Shown piece by piece: positions 42,154-50,680 of a DNA stretch of 64,000 nt. The DNA is from Candidatus Uhrbacteria bacterium GW2011_GWC2_41_11 (GTDB taxonomy: Bacteria > Patescibacteriota > Patescibacteriia > UBA9934 > GWF2-40-263). The stretch covers positions 14,501-78,500 of the forward strand of contig LCAH01000004.1 in NCBI GenBank assembly GCA_000996355.1, in the 5' to 3' direction. Every line of letters starts with the position of its first letter. The first letter of the stretch is position 1. The translations under genes and the position numbers were made by a program. Below the pieces are notes generated by a model. The model searched no databases. It was not told where the DNA came from and saw only the letters and a program-made list of their open reading frames with translations.

Positions 42154-43308
42154 ATGCCAAAAGTTGAAATAGGGAAGAATATTCAACAAAAAGAAGGCTT
42201 TAAGGCTTTTATTCCCAATTCTTTTCCACCAAAGGCCGGTTTTGATTTTGATCCCAAAATTCTCAAAAAGAACAATGAGGCTACTCGTCTTCTTGGTAAA
42301 TTAGATGGCATTACAAAGCTTCTTCCTGATGCAGATTTTTTCCTGCTTATGTACCTACGAAAAGATGCCACTTCTTCCAGTCAAATTGAAGGAACAAGGG
42401 CAACAATGATTGACGCGATAGAAGCAGAAGTAAAAATTAATGATAATCCTCCAGAAGATGTTGATGACATTTTGCATTATATAAACGCTCTTAATTATGG
42501 AATAAAAAGAATCACGGCAGATAATTTCCCGATGGCATTAAGATTTGTCAGAGAACTTCATGGAAAATTAATGCAAAAAGCGCGAGCAACACATTTTTCT
42601 GATCCTGGAGAATTTCGAAAAAGCCAAAACTGGATAGGCGGCACGCGGCCAGATAATGCTCGTTTTGTTCCTCCGCCAGTAGATGAAATGCACAAAGCCT
42701 TGAATGATTTTGAATTATTCTTTAATAAAGAAGACTCAACTCCCACTGCAATAAAAGCGGGTCTTATCCATGCTCAATTTGAAACGATTCATCCATTTTT
42801 AGACGGTAACGGAAGAACAGGGAGAATGTTAATCATTTTTTATTTATGGAAAGAAGGATTTTTGGAAAAACCGGTCTTATTTCTATCTTCTTATTTTAAA
42901 AAACATCAAAAAATTTACTATGAAAAATTGGCCTCCTATCAAGGTGAAGAGGTAGATGTTTCGGAATGGATAGAATTTTTCTTGGATGGTGTGATTGAGA
43001 TAGCAAATGAAGCAATTGATATTGTAGGTAAAATTACGACCTTGCGTGAGGAAGATATGAGAAAAATTCAAACTTTTGGAAAAAGAGCATCTGAAAGCGC
43101 GATAGTGGTTTTGCCAAAATTATATGGTCAGCCGATTATAAATAATGCCATTGTTCAAAAATGGACTGGATTTACCCGTGCCGGAGCGCAAACTGTCATT
43201 GATCGATTTATCCAGAAAGGAATTCTTACTCCAAAAGATAAAGACAAAAAATATGGTCAATCTTATGTGTATAGAAAATATTTGGATATTTTCATAGATA
43301 AGAATTAA
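42154..43308 (+). CDS. fic: Fic/DOC family protein
   Basis: Fic motif HPFLDGNGRTGRMLI with a C-terminal winged-helix-like tail. It lies between hsdS and hsdR. Confidence 0.85.
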   Translation: MPKVEIGKNIQQKEGFKAFIPNSFPPKAGFDFDPKILKKNNEATRLLGKLDGITKLLPDADFFLLMYLRKDATSSSQIEGTRATMIDAIEAEVKINDNPPEDVDDILHYINALNYGIKRITADNFPMALRFVRELHGKLMQKARATHFSDPGEFRKSQNWIGGTRPDNARFVPPPVDEMHKALNDFELFFNKEDSTPTAIKAGLIHAQFETIHPFLDGNGRTGRMLIIFYLWKEGFLEKPVLFLSSYFKKHQKIYYEKLASYQGEEVDVSEWIEFFLDGVIEIANEAIDIVGKITTLREEDMRKIQTFGKRASESAIVVLPKLYGQPIINNAIVQKWTGFTRAGAQTVIDRFIQKGILTPKDKDKKYGQSYVYRKYLDIFIDKN

Positions 43309-43312
43309 TTTT

Positions 43313-45706
43313 ATGAACGAAGCAGAAACAAGGGCCGAATATATTGATCCAAAACTCAAAGCGAGTGGTTGGGGTGATGTCGAAGGGTCAAAAGTTCTGC
43401 GCGAATTTCGCATTACTGACGGCAAAATCCAAACAGGGGGAACAAGAAGTAAGCCGGAGATTGCCGACTATATTTTGGTATATAAAAATCAAAAGATTGG
43501 CGTGATAGAAGCCAAAGCGGAGAGTTTGTCTGTCACCGAAGGAGTGGTGCAAGCAAAAGCGTATGCCGAAAAATTGCATATTGATTATACATACGCTACC
43601 AACGGCAGAGAGATTTATGCCATATCCATGAAAACCGGCGAGGAAGGCGAGATTGCCGATTTCCCAACCCCTGACGAACTTTGGAACAAAACTTTTGCAG
43701 ACTGGAACGAATGGAAAGAAAAATTTGCGAGTGTCCCAAATGAAGGCGAATATGGCAAACGTTATTATCAAGAAATTGCCATCAATAATGTTTTAAATGC
43801 AGTGGCTGAAGAAAAAGACAGACTACTTTTAACAATGGCGACCGGAACCGGAAAAACCGCCGTGGCTTTTCAAATAGCGTGGAAACTTTTTCAAACTCGC
43901 TGGAATTTGAAACGAGATGGCGCGCGAAGACCGCGAATTTTATTTTTGGCAGATAGAAATATTTTAGCCGATCAAGCGTTCAATGCATTTTCTGCTTTTG
44001 ATAAAGATGCGCTGGTACGAATCAACCCGCTGGATATTCGCAAAAAGGGCGGAGTGCCGATGAGCGGAAGTGTTTATTTTACAATCTTTCAAACTTTTAT
44101 GAGCGGTCCGGACGGAACGCCGTATTTTGGCGATTATCCGGCAGACTTTTTTGACTTTATTATTATTGACGAGTGTCATCGAGGTGGTGCGAACGACGAA
44201 AGCAACTGGCGCGGTATTTTAGATTATTTTTCTCCCGCTGTTCAACTCGGTCTTACTGCCACACCAAGACGACAAGACAATGTGGATACTTACCGATATT
44301 TTGGCAAACCGATTTATACTTATTCGCTCAAAGAGGGCGTAAATGATGGATTTTTGACACCTTTTAAAGTCAAAAGGATTAAAACTACGCTGGACGATTA
44401 TGTTTATACCTCGGACGACCAGATTATTGAGGGTGAAGTAGAAGAAGGCAAAATCTATGAAGAGCCGGATTTCAACAAAATTATTGTTATCAAAGAACGC
44501 GAAGCCAAAAGGGTGCGAATTATTTTGGATGAAATAAATCAAAATGAAAAAACGATCATTTTCTGTGCTACGCAAAATCATGCTTTGGCGGTTCGTGATT
44601 TAGTAAATCAGATGAAAGAAAGCAAAGATCCGAATTATTGCGTCCGAGTAACTGCCAACGATGGCGCGCGCGGAGAACAATTTCTGCGCGAATTTCAGGA
44701 CAATGAAAAAACAATCCCCACTATTTTAACAACTTCGCAAAAACTTTCTACCGGCGTGGACGCGCGAAATATCCGCAATATTGTTTTGATGAGACCGGTT
44801 AATTCTATGATTGAATTTAAGCAGATTATCGGTCGCGGAACGAGGCTTTTTGACGGCAAGGAATATTTTACCATTTATGATTTTGTGGACGCGTATAAAC
44901 ATTTTTCTGATCCAGAATGGGACGGCGAGCCAATAGAGGAAGCCTGCTCAAAATGCGGTCAAAATCCTTGTATTTGCGAAGTAAAACCACCGCGCGTTTG
45001 TAATGTTTGCGGACAAAGCCCTTGTGTATGCGAAAAACCGCCCAAAATATGCCCTGTTTGCGGAAAAGACCCTTGCGAGTGTGAGAATCCACCAAAGAAA
45101 AAACTGAAAATAAAATTGCGTGATGGAAAAGAGCGTGAAATTCAACACATGATTTCGACTTCATTTTATAGCGCGGACGGAAAACCAATTTCGATTCAAG
45201 AGTTTATGGATAATATGTTTGGAGCTATGCCGGAATTTTTCAAGAGCGAAGAAGAACTCCGAAAAATTTGGTCAAATCCAACGACCAGAAAAGCATTTTT
45301 GGATAGTATTGCTGAAAAAGGTTTTGGCAAAGACGAATTGGAAACACTGCAAAAGATGATTGATGCCGAGCAAAGCGATCTTTTTGATGTTTTGACTTAT
45401 GTATCATTTTTAACACAGCCAATCTCAAGAACACAAAGAGTGGAGCAATCAAAAGACAAAATCTTTAAAGGACTAGATGAAAAGCAAAAAGAATTTTTGG
45501 ATTTTGTATTGTCTAAATACGAAGAAAAAGGAGTTGAGGAGCTGGACGAAGAAAAATTACCGGTATTGCTCAATTTGAAATATCACGCAATTGCAAACGC
45601 AGAACAATCGCTTGGAAGCGTAGATAGTATTCGTTCAATATTCTTTGCTTTTCAGAAAAATTTGTATGCAAAAGTAAAAAAAGAATATGTTTATACTCCA
45701 AAATAA
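43313..45706 (+). CDS. hsdR: Type I restriction enzyme R subunit HsdR
   Basis: N-terminal nuclease domain (MNEAETRAEYIDPKL), SF2 helicase motifs (TGTGKT, DECHRG, QxxGRGTR). An unusual C-terminal Cys-repeat insert precedes the C-terminal helical region. Confidence 0.9.
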   Translation: MNEAETRAEYIDPKLKASGWGDVEGSKVLREFRITDGKIQTGGTRSKPEIADYILVYKNQKIGVIEAKAESLSVTEGVVQAKAYAEKLHIDYTYATNGREIYAISMKTGEEGEIADFPTPDELWNKTFADWNEWKEKFASVPNEGEYGKRYYQEIAINNVLNAVAEEKDRLLLTMATGTGKTAVAFQIAWKLFQTRWNLKRDGARRPRILFLADRNILADQAFNAFSAFDKDALVRINPLDIRKKGGVPMSGSVYFTIFQTFMSGPDGTPYFGDYPADFFDFIIIDECHRGGANDESNWRGILDYFSPAVQLGLTATPRRQDNVDTYRYFGKPIYTYSLKEGVNDGFLTPFKVKRIKTTLDDYVYTSDDQIIEGEVEEGKIYEEPDFNKIIVIKEREAKRVRIILDEINQNEKTIIFCATQNHALAVRDLVNQMKESKDPNYCVRVTANDGARGEQFLREFQDNEKTIPTILTTSQKLSTGVDARNIRNIVLMRPVNSMIEFKQIIGRGTRLFDGKEYFTIYDFVDAYKHFSDPEWDGEPIEEACSKCGQNPCICEVKPPRVCNVCGQSPCVCEKPPKICPVCGKDPCECENPPKKKLKIKLRDGKEREIQHMISTSFYSADGKPISIQEFMDNMFGAMPEFFKSEEELRKIWSNPTTRKAFLDSIAEKGFGKDELETLQKMIDAEQSDLFDVLTYVSFLTQPISRTQRVEQSKDKIFKGLDEKQKEFLDFVLSKYEEKGVEELDEEKLPVLLNLKYHAIANAEQSLGSVDSIRSIFFAFQKNLYAKVKKEYVYTPK
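44945..45094 (+). repeat. 3 x 51-nt tandem coding repeat within hsdR (C-x2-C-G-x2-P-C-x-C-E-x2-P-P)
   Basis: The peptide units are CSKCGQNPCICEVKPP, (R)VCNVCGQSPCVCEKPP and (K)ICPVCGKDPCECENPP. The DNA units are about 75% identical to each other. Confidence 0.7.
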
Positions 45707-45979
45707 TCCACCTCATTTTTTCCTTTATCTGACTTTGGTTTTGGTGTCTCAAACCATTCAGGGTGGATCTTGAAGATACGCCTTAATTCCTGTATACTTT
45801 TATCAATATCCTTGAATTTGAACCACCTTTTCGGTTCAAACATCGGGACATTGCCACCGCCAGGACAATTTCTTATCGTGCAACGCACTTACTGACGTAA
45901 GTGAGGCGACCGATAGGGATGTGTCCAATAATAAAATGACTCCGCATTGGAAACTTTGTTTCAGTTTTTTCACCGGCCA

Positions 45980-46498
45980 TTAAAATACCTTTTCATCGTC
46001 CATTTTCATCGAATCGACAAGGTGCTGGAAAACTGCATCTTCGCTTGAGGACACTTCTCCGTTTAACCCCTCTCCCTCATACTTTGAAACACTGATGCTT
46101 ATTGTGGGCGTCTCGTTGGTGAAATACACCTCAGTAGATGCCATACCTTTTAATGAATAGATAGTTTTACTGTCGAGTCGTTCCACTTGTACTTCTGGTG
46201 CTCCAGTTGGTCTAGGGTCATCCCAACCCGCATAGATTGCCGCACCTTCCTTGAATTGGTTGAATGAGACGACGTAGCTATCCTCCTCGTATTGGAATTT
46301 CCACACATCCTCAAAACCATTTACTCCATCACGCAGTGTTGAGCCGGTAGGAACATCGAAAGAAATATTAGTCTCCTGATTGCTGTAGGTGACATAGGAG
46401 ATAGCTTGTTCACTTGGTTGTTGGTCGGTGTTGAGACAACCAGCACCGGTCAATACAAGACCTAGTGCACCTAGAAAAAATAAATGCTGTATACGCAT
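45980..46498 (-). CDS. lipoprotein (hypothetical)
   Basis: Signal peptide with lipobox LTGAGC. Confidence 0.55.
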   Translation of the reverse strand: MRIQHLFFLGALGLVLTGAGCLNTDQQPSEQAISYVTYSNQETNISFDVPTGSTLRDGVNGFEDVWKFQYEEDSYVVSFNQFKEGAAIYAGWDDPRPTGAPEVQVERLDSKTIYSLKGMASTEVYFTNETPTISISVSKYEGEGLNGEVSSSEDAVFQHLVDSMKMDDEKVF

Positions 46499-46594
46499 AA
46501 GTAAGGTTAGATGTTTTTTATCATTGCGCCATATATAGGCGGAGGCCTTAATCGAGTCACGTACACGTTGTTATATGATGTAATGAAAAAATCA

Positions 46595-47002
46595 TTAATT
46601 TCGTTGCCTAAGTTTATCGATTAATTTTTCGAGATCATTTCTATCGTCTATTCTATCTCCTTTAGTATTAAGAATGGCACTCATACCAGCAAAGCTATGA
46701 GAATCTAATAATCTTTTAGCGACTGATGCAAACGTCTCCACTTGTCTTATTACAGAGTATTTAGTGTTTTCATCTAAGTCATTAACAGCCTCTTTTAGTT
46801 GATCCGATAATCCTATAAGTAAGTTGGCAGACTCTCTACTTTTGGATATATACTCTTCTCTGTTCCGACGGTTAAGTGCTTCATCGGATTCATTGATCAA
46901 CATGCGGAATCTTGTAGCAACATCTTCCATAATTTTTATTGCTTTCGGTGTTGATTTTGGTTTTATTTCGAGTGACTCATTCCCCATTTTTTCATTGGTC
47001 AT
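46595..47002 (-). CDS. hypothetical protein
   Basis: 135-aa helical, charged ORF. Co-directional with the downstream methyltransferase gene. Confidence 0.45.
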   Translation of the reverse strand: MTNEKMGNESLEIKPKSTPKAIKIMEDVATRFRMLINESDEALNRRNREEYISKSRESANLLIGLSDQLKEAVNDLDENTKYSVIRQVETFASVAKRLLDSHSFAGMSAILNTKGDRIDDRNDLEKLIDKLRQRN

Positions 47003-47038
47003 AGGATTATTAGTTTAGAAAATCAGTCTTATTTGCGA

Positions 47039-47839
47039 TTATTTTTTTTTCGCCATTGTTAATGTTATTGCAAAATGTTTCATTATGCTTCCGTTGAACT
47101 CTTCATTGATCAATTGTTCAATTGCGGTCATAAAATTTGCGCGACTTTGCGATTCCATTGAAATTTGGGGTGAGTAAGTACTGAGCAACTGAGTATATTC
47201 TTTGGCGGTGTATTGAATCGCAAGCGGAAAGGCTTGGAAGAAAACTTGTTTAAAAAGTTCTTCGTCAACTTTATCTGTTGATAATTCTGATGTACGGCTG
47301 AATTTTAAATTTTCATCATATGTTCCTCCTGGCTTATACTGTTTGTAAATAGGCTGTGAGGCTAAAAGAAACTCGTCTCCTTTTTCGTCGGAAACATGAC
47401 AGGTGTTTATGATGGCCAAATAGCCACCATTTTTCAAAAGTTTGTGAGGTCTACTAAATTTAATTTCTGGTTTTATCCAATGAAATGCAGTTGCGGAATA
47501 AACTAAATCAAAAGTCGACTGTGGCAATTCAACATCTTCAAAAGCTCCTGTCATTATTTTTACCTTATTATATTTTTCAGTATTTTTACTTGCGACATCA
47601 GCAAGGGCGGATCCCAATTCAATACCAATTATTTCATAACCACGTTCAGCAAAGGGTATTGTTGCTTGGCCTGTACCGGGTCCAATTTCCACAAGTTTCG
47701 AGTCTGGTTGTAAATCGGCTGTTTTAACGATAGTATCGAAAAGTTCAGCAGGATAATGAGGCCTAATTAAATCGTATAGCTGAGCTTCTTCATCAAATGT
47801 TTTTCGTAAATCGATGTTGTTGTTATTTTGCATACTCAA
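47039..47839 (-). CDS. class I SAM-dependent methyltransferase
   Basis: SAM motif I VEIGPGTGQAT and post-I motif GIELGSALADVA. Confidence 0.8.
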   Translation of the reverse strand: MSMQNNNNIDLRKTFDEEAQLYDLIRPHYPAELFDTIVKTADLQPDSKLVEIGPGTGQATIPFAERGYEIIGIELGSALADVASKNTEKYNKVKIMTGAFEDVELPQSTFDLVYSATAFHWIKPEIKFSRPHKLLKNGGYLAIINTCHVSDEKGDEFLLASQPIYKQYKPGGTYDENLKFSRTSELSTDKVDEELFKQVFFQAFPLAIQYTAKEYTQLLSTYSPQISMESQSRANFMTAIEQLINEEFNGSIMKHFAITLTMAKKK

Positions 47840-47896
47840 ATATATTAAAAGTTTTTGGAATGCTAGCGGAGAAAAGCACTATCAACTCGCTTTTAT

Positions 47897-48124
47897 TTAT
47901 CCAATATATTTAAAACGAGGAATTTCTTTGCCCTCAATATTTACCGTTTCAAGGAATATACTTTTTGGTCTTGCCCATAAAGCATTTTCCCCAAATTCTT
48001 CAGAATGATAAAGTGCTTTGTAAATTACTAATTCTTCCAATGTTTCACTATGTCTAGCAAAACCAATAACTTCGTATTCCTTGCCTTTGTAATGTCCATA
48101 CTTTCCGAGTTTCAGTTCATTCAT
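47897..48124 (-). CDS. DUF1653-family small protein
   Basis: GKYGHYKGKEYEVIG...ALWARP matches the DUF1653 pattern. Confidence 0.55.
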   Translation of the reverse strand: MNELKLGKYGHYKGKEYEVIGFARHSETLEELVIYKALYHSEEFGENALWARPKSIFLETVNIEGKEIPRFKYIG

Positions 48125-48146
48125 AATATTTGATTATAAATTTTTA

Positions 48147-48479
48147 ATGGGTCGATGGAATAAAGACTGCGAACATAGTGTGGAATATTTTTGTTTAAAG
48201 AGCAAAATCGTCTATAATAAAGGTATTATTTATAAATATCACACTATGATGTACGGATTTGAACAATGGGGATTAGGATTCGGCGGAGGTATGTCGTTTA
48301 CATTCGTCCTTCTTATCCTTTGGTCTTTTTTTTGGAGAGGTCTGGCTCTTTGGCATGCGGCAAAACGAAAAGAACCACGGTGGTTTATAGCTCTCCTTCT
48401 TTTAAACACAGCTGGAATTTTGGAAATTATCTATCTTTTTGCCATAGCGAAGATAAAAAAAGAGGATTTATTTCGATGA
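48147..48479 (+). CDS. small membrane protein (hypothetical)
   Basis: Two TM helices (FTFVLLILWSFFW...; WFIALLLLNTAGILEIIYLFAIA). The real start may be the internal Met at about 48246. Confidence 0.4.
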   Translation: MGRWNKDCEHSVEYFCLKSKIVYNKGIIYKYHTMMYGFEQWGLGFGGGMSFTFVLLILWSFFWRGLALWHAAKRKEPRWFIALLLLNTAGILEIIYLFAIAKIKKEDLFR

Positions 48480-48502
48480 ATTTTTAGGATGACTTATCAT
48501 GT

Positions 48503-49573
48503 ATGGACGGTCTTACTCGTTTTTCTGGGAAGGAGACGGAACCAAAGACAGCTCGAATAGAGCTAAAAGAGATGAAAGGATTCCCTGAGAGTATCCAGGA
48601 ACTTTTTCAAGCAGTTCCAAAATCTGTTCAAGAAAGAATTATTTCCGAAATCAAAAGAGAACCCACCGAATCTTTCGAAGATAATAAGAAAAGCCTAGAA
48701 GAAATGGTTGCGAGTTTTGACCCAGAGACGCGAGAAAAATTCATGGAACATTGTTTAGGTGAATTATTTTATGTTGCTGAATTCAGAGAGAGGATAGAAA
48801 CTTTTTTTCAGGAAGGAGACATCAAACAAGAAATAACGAGATTGTTGGATGTTTTATGGAAAAATAGAGAAAAGAAAAAGGAAGAAGTCACATTATTCAA
48901 TGAACCATACTATCATTGTTTTGAAGAAGAACGGAGAATAGTATTGGAAAAAATTGAGGAGAAAAAGAGTGAAGAAGAAAAACAAAAATTAAGTCTTTCC
49001 AAAACAGAAGGTCAAAGACGATTGACTGAGACAAAGAGAAAACAATTACACCAACTTCAAGATGAGCTCACCTCTTTTATAAAAGAACGAGAAAATTTAG
49101 ATTTCCGATATCATAATTGGATTGGTTATGGAAAAGGTGGTATTTCCTGGCGTCAAAGAAAAGAAAAAGAGTGGACAGAAGGGATTGCTCTCGTTACTCA
49201 ATATGTAGATCCAACAGAATTTGCAACAGCGATCGGAGAACAATTAGACAGAACATTTGCTCAAATAAAACGTATCGTAGAAACAAAAAAAGTTTACGGT
49301 AGACCTGGCTCTGCTGAAGCTATCGAACGAGCAAGAAGAATAAGTTCGTCCATAGATGAGGCGATTCAAAGGTGGGCTGAAGTTCATGAGACAGAAGGCT
49401 CTTTGAAAAGTCATTCTGAAGCAAAGAGTGAGGAACGAATGGAAAAGGTTTTGATGTATGTAAGATCATTGATGGAGTCGTATCAAAAATTTCGAAAAGA
49501 GGGAAAAAGTGATGAGGATTTGATTTACACGATCCGACAAATAGAAATATCCTTACGACTTTTGGGAAAATAA
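48503..49573 (+). CDS. hypothetical coiled-coil protein
   Basis: 356-aa charged, helical ORF with no catalytic motif. Confidence 0.5.
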   Translation: MDGLTRFSGKETEPKTARIELKEMKGFPESIQELFQAVPKSVQERIISEIKREPTESFEDNKKSLEEMVASFDPETREKFMEHCLGELFYVAEFRERIETFFQEGDIKQEITRLLDVLWKNREKKKEEVTLFNEPYYHCFEEERRIVLEKIEEKKSEEEKQKLSLSKTEGQRRLTETKRKQLHQLQDELTSFIKERENLDFRYHNWIGYGKGGISWRQRKEKEWTEGIALVTQYVDPTEFATAIGEQLDRTFAQIKRIVETKKVYGRPGSAEAIERARRISSSIDEAIQRWAEVHETEGSLKSHSEAKSEERMEKVLMYVRSLMESYQKFRKEGKSDEDLIYTIRQIEISLRLLGK

Positions 49574-49612
49574 AAATTCGAGTCAGAGAATAAAAGACTC
49601 GAATGTCGTTTT

Positions 49613-50011
49613 TTAACCCAACCATACACCCCCACCAACATACTTCCAGCCTTTTTTGTGCTGTTTGCGGAAGCTGTTCCACGTTTTTTGTATAATTTCT
49701 TTCCAATCAGGGATCAATGATTGGTCAGAGGTGATTATGAAATCATCTTGCGAAAGTTCGATGTTCCATACACACTGTTTTTCATCAACAACCAAAAATG
49801 TTATAGGTGAAAAGAAAGGTTGGTTATGATATTTTTGAATGAGATGAATCATGGCGGCTTTTAAATCTTCACAAAGGACTGTGTAGGATGTTTGTTTTAA
49901 TCCTTTTTCATCTACTTCAGAAATAAAGAAATTTGGCATGACCTGTTCCTTTTGTATGAGATTTTGTAGAAGAACTGCGTCGAGTACATCATAAAAATGT
50001 ATGAGATGCAA
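49613..50011 (-). CDS. hypothetical protein
   Basis: 132-aa ORF with no recognisable motif. Confidence 0.4.
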   Translation of the reverse strand: MHLIHFYDVLDAVLLQNLIQKEQVMPNFFISEVDEKGLKQTSYTVLCEDLKAAMIHLIQKYHNQPFFSPITFLVVDEKQCVWNIELSQDDFIITSDQSLIPDWKEIIQKTWNSFRKQHKKGWKYVGGGVWLG

Positions 50012-50079
50012 GAGTCTAACTATTTTTTCAATTTTTGTTATTCTGAATAAAAAATAATTGTTGTGAATGAAAATTTTTT

Positions 50080-50625
50080 ATGCAGAAAATAGATATTGTA
50101 CATATTATTGAAGAGGATGAATGTATGATGAAGGTTCTTCGTGCTGTTTATACTCTTCAACTTCCAGATTGGTGGATTGGGGCTGGGTTTATTCGAAATA
50201 AAATTTGGGATATGCTTCAAGGTGAAGGATGTGTTCCTCCTGGAGATATTGATGTTGTGTATTTTGATCCAGCGAATCTTTTGGAAGATCAGGAAAAAAT
50301 ATATGAACATCAATTAGAAAATATTTATCCAACAGGAAAATGGTCTGTAAAAAATATGGCACGCATGCATGTTGTGAATGGAGATGATCCGTATGTTTCA
50401 TCGCTGGATGCGATTGCTCACTGGCCAGAAACAGCCACAGCTGTTGCTGTGACTCTTGATGAATCTGAAAAAGTTTTATTTCAAACTCCTCATGGAGCAG
50501 ATGATCTCTTGCAAATGATTATTCGTCCGACTCCTGTCTTTAAAAAGAAGCTTGAGGAATTTCGTAGGCGTACCGAAAAAAAGAATTGGAAAGAAAAATG
50601 GTCAAAGGTTCAGATAAAGGGTTAG
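50080..50625 (+). CDS. nucleotidyltransferase-family protein (NTP_transf_6/DUF925-like)
   Basis: WWIGAGFIRNKIWD and GDIDVVYFD (DxD) motifs. Confidence 0.55.
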   Translation: MQKIDIVHIIEEDECMMKVLRAVYTLQLPDWWIGAGFIRNKIWDMLQGEGCVPPGDIDVVYFDPANLLEDQEKIYEHQLENIYPTGKWSVKNMARMHVVNGDDPYVSSLDAIAHWPETATAVAVTLDESEKVLFQTPHGADDLLQMIIRPTPVFKKKLEEFRRRTEKKNWKEKWSKVQIKG

Positions 50626-50680
50626 TCGCTCTTTTTCTTTGTTTTTGCTATGATCAGCTGGAAAAGTTTCATTTGTTTAT

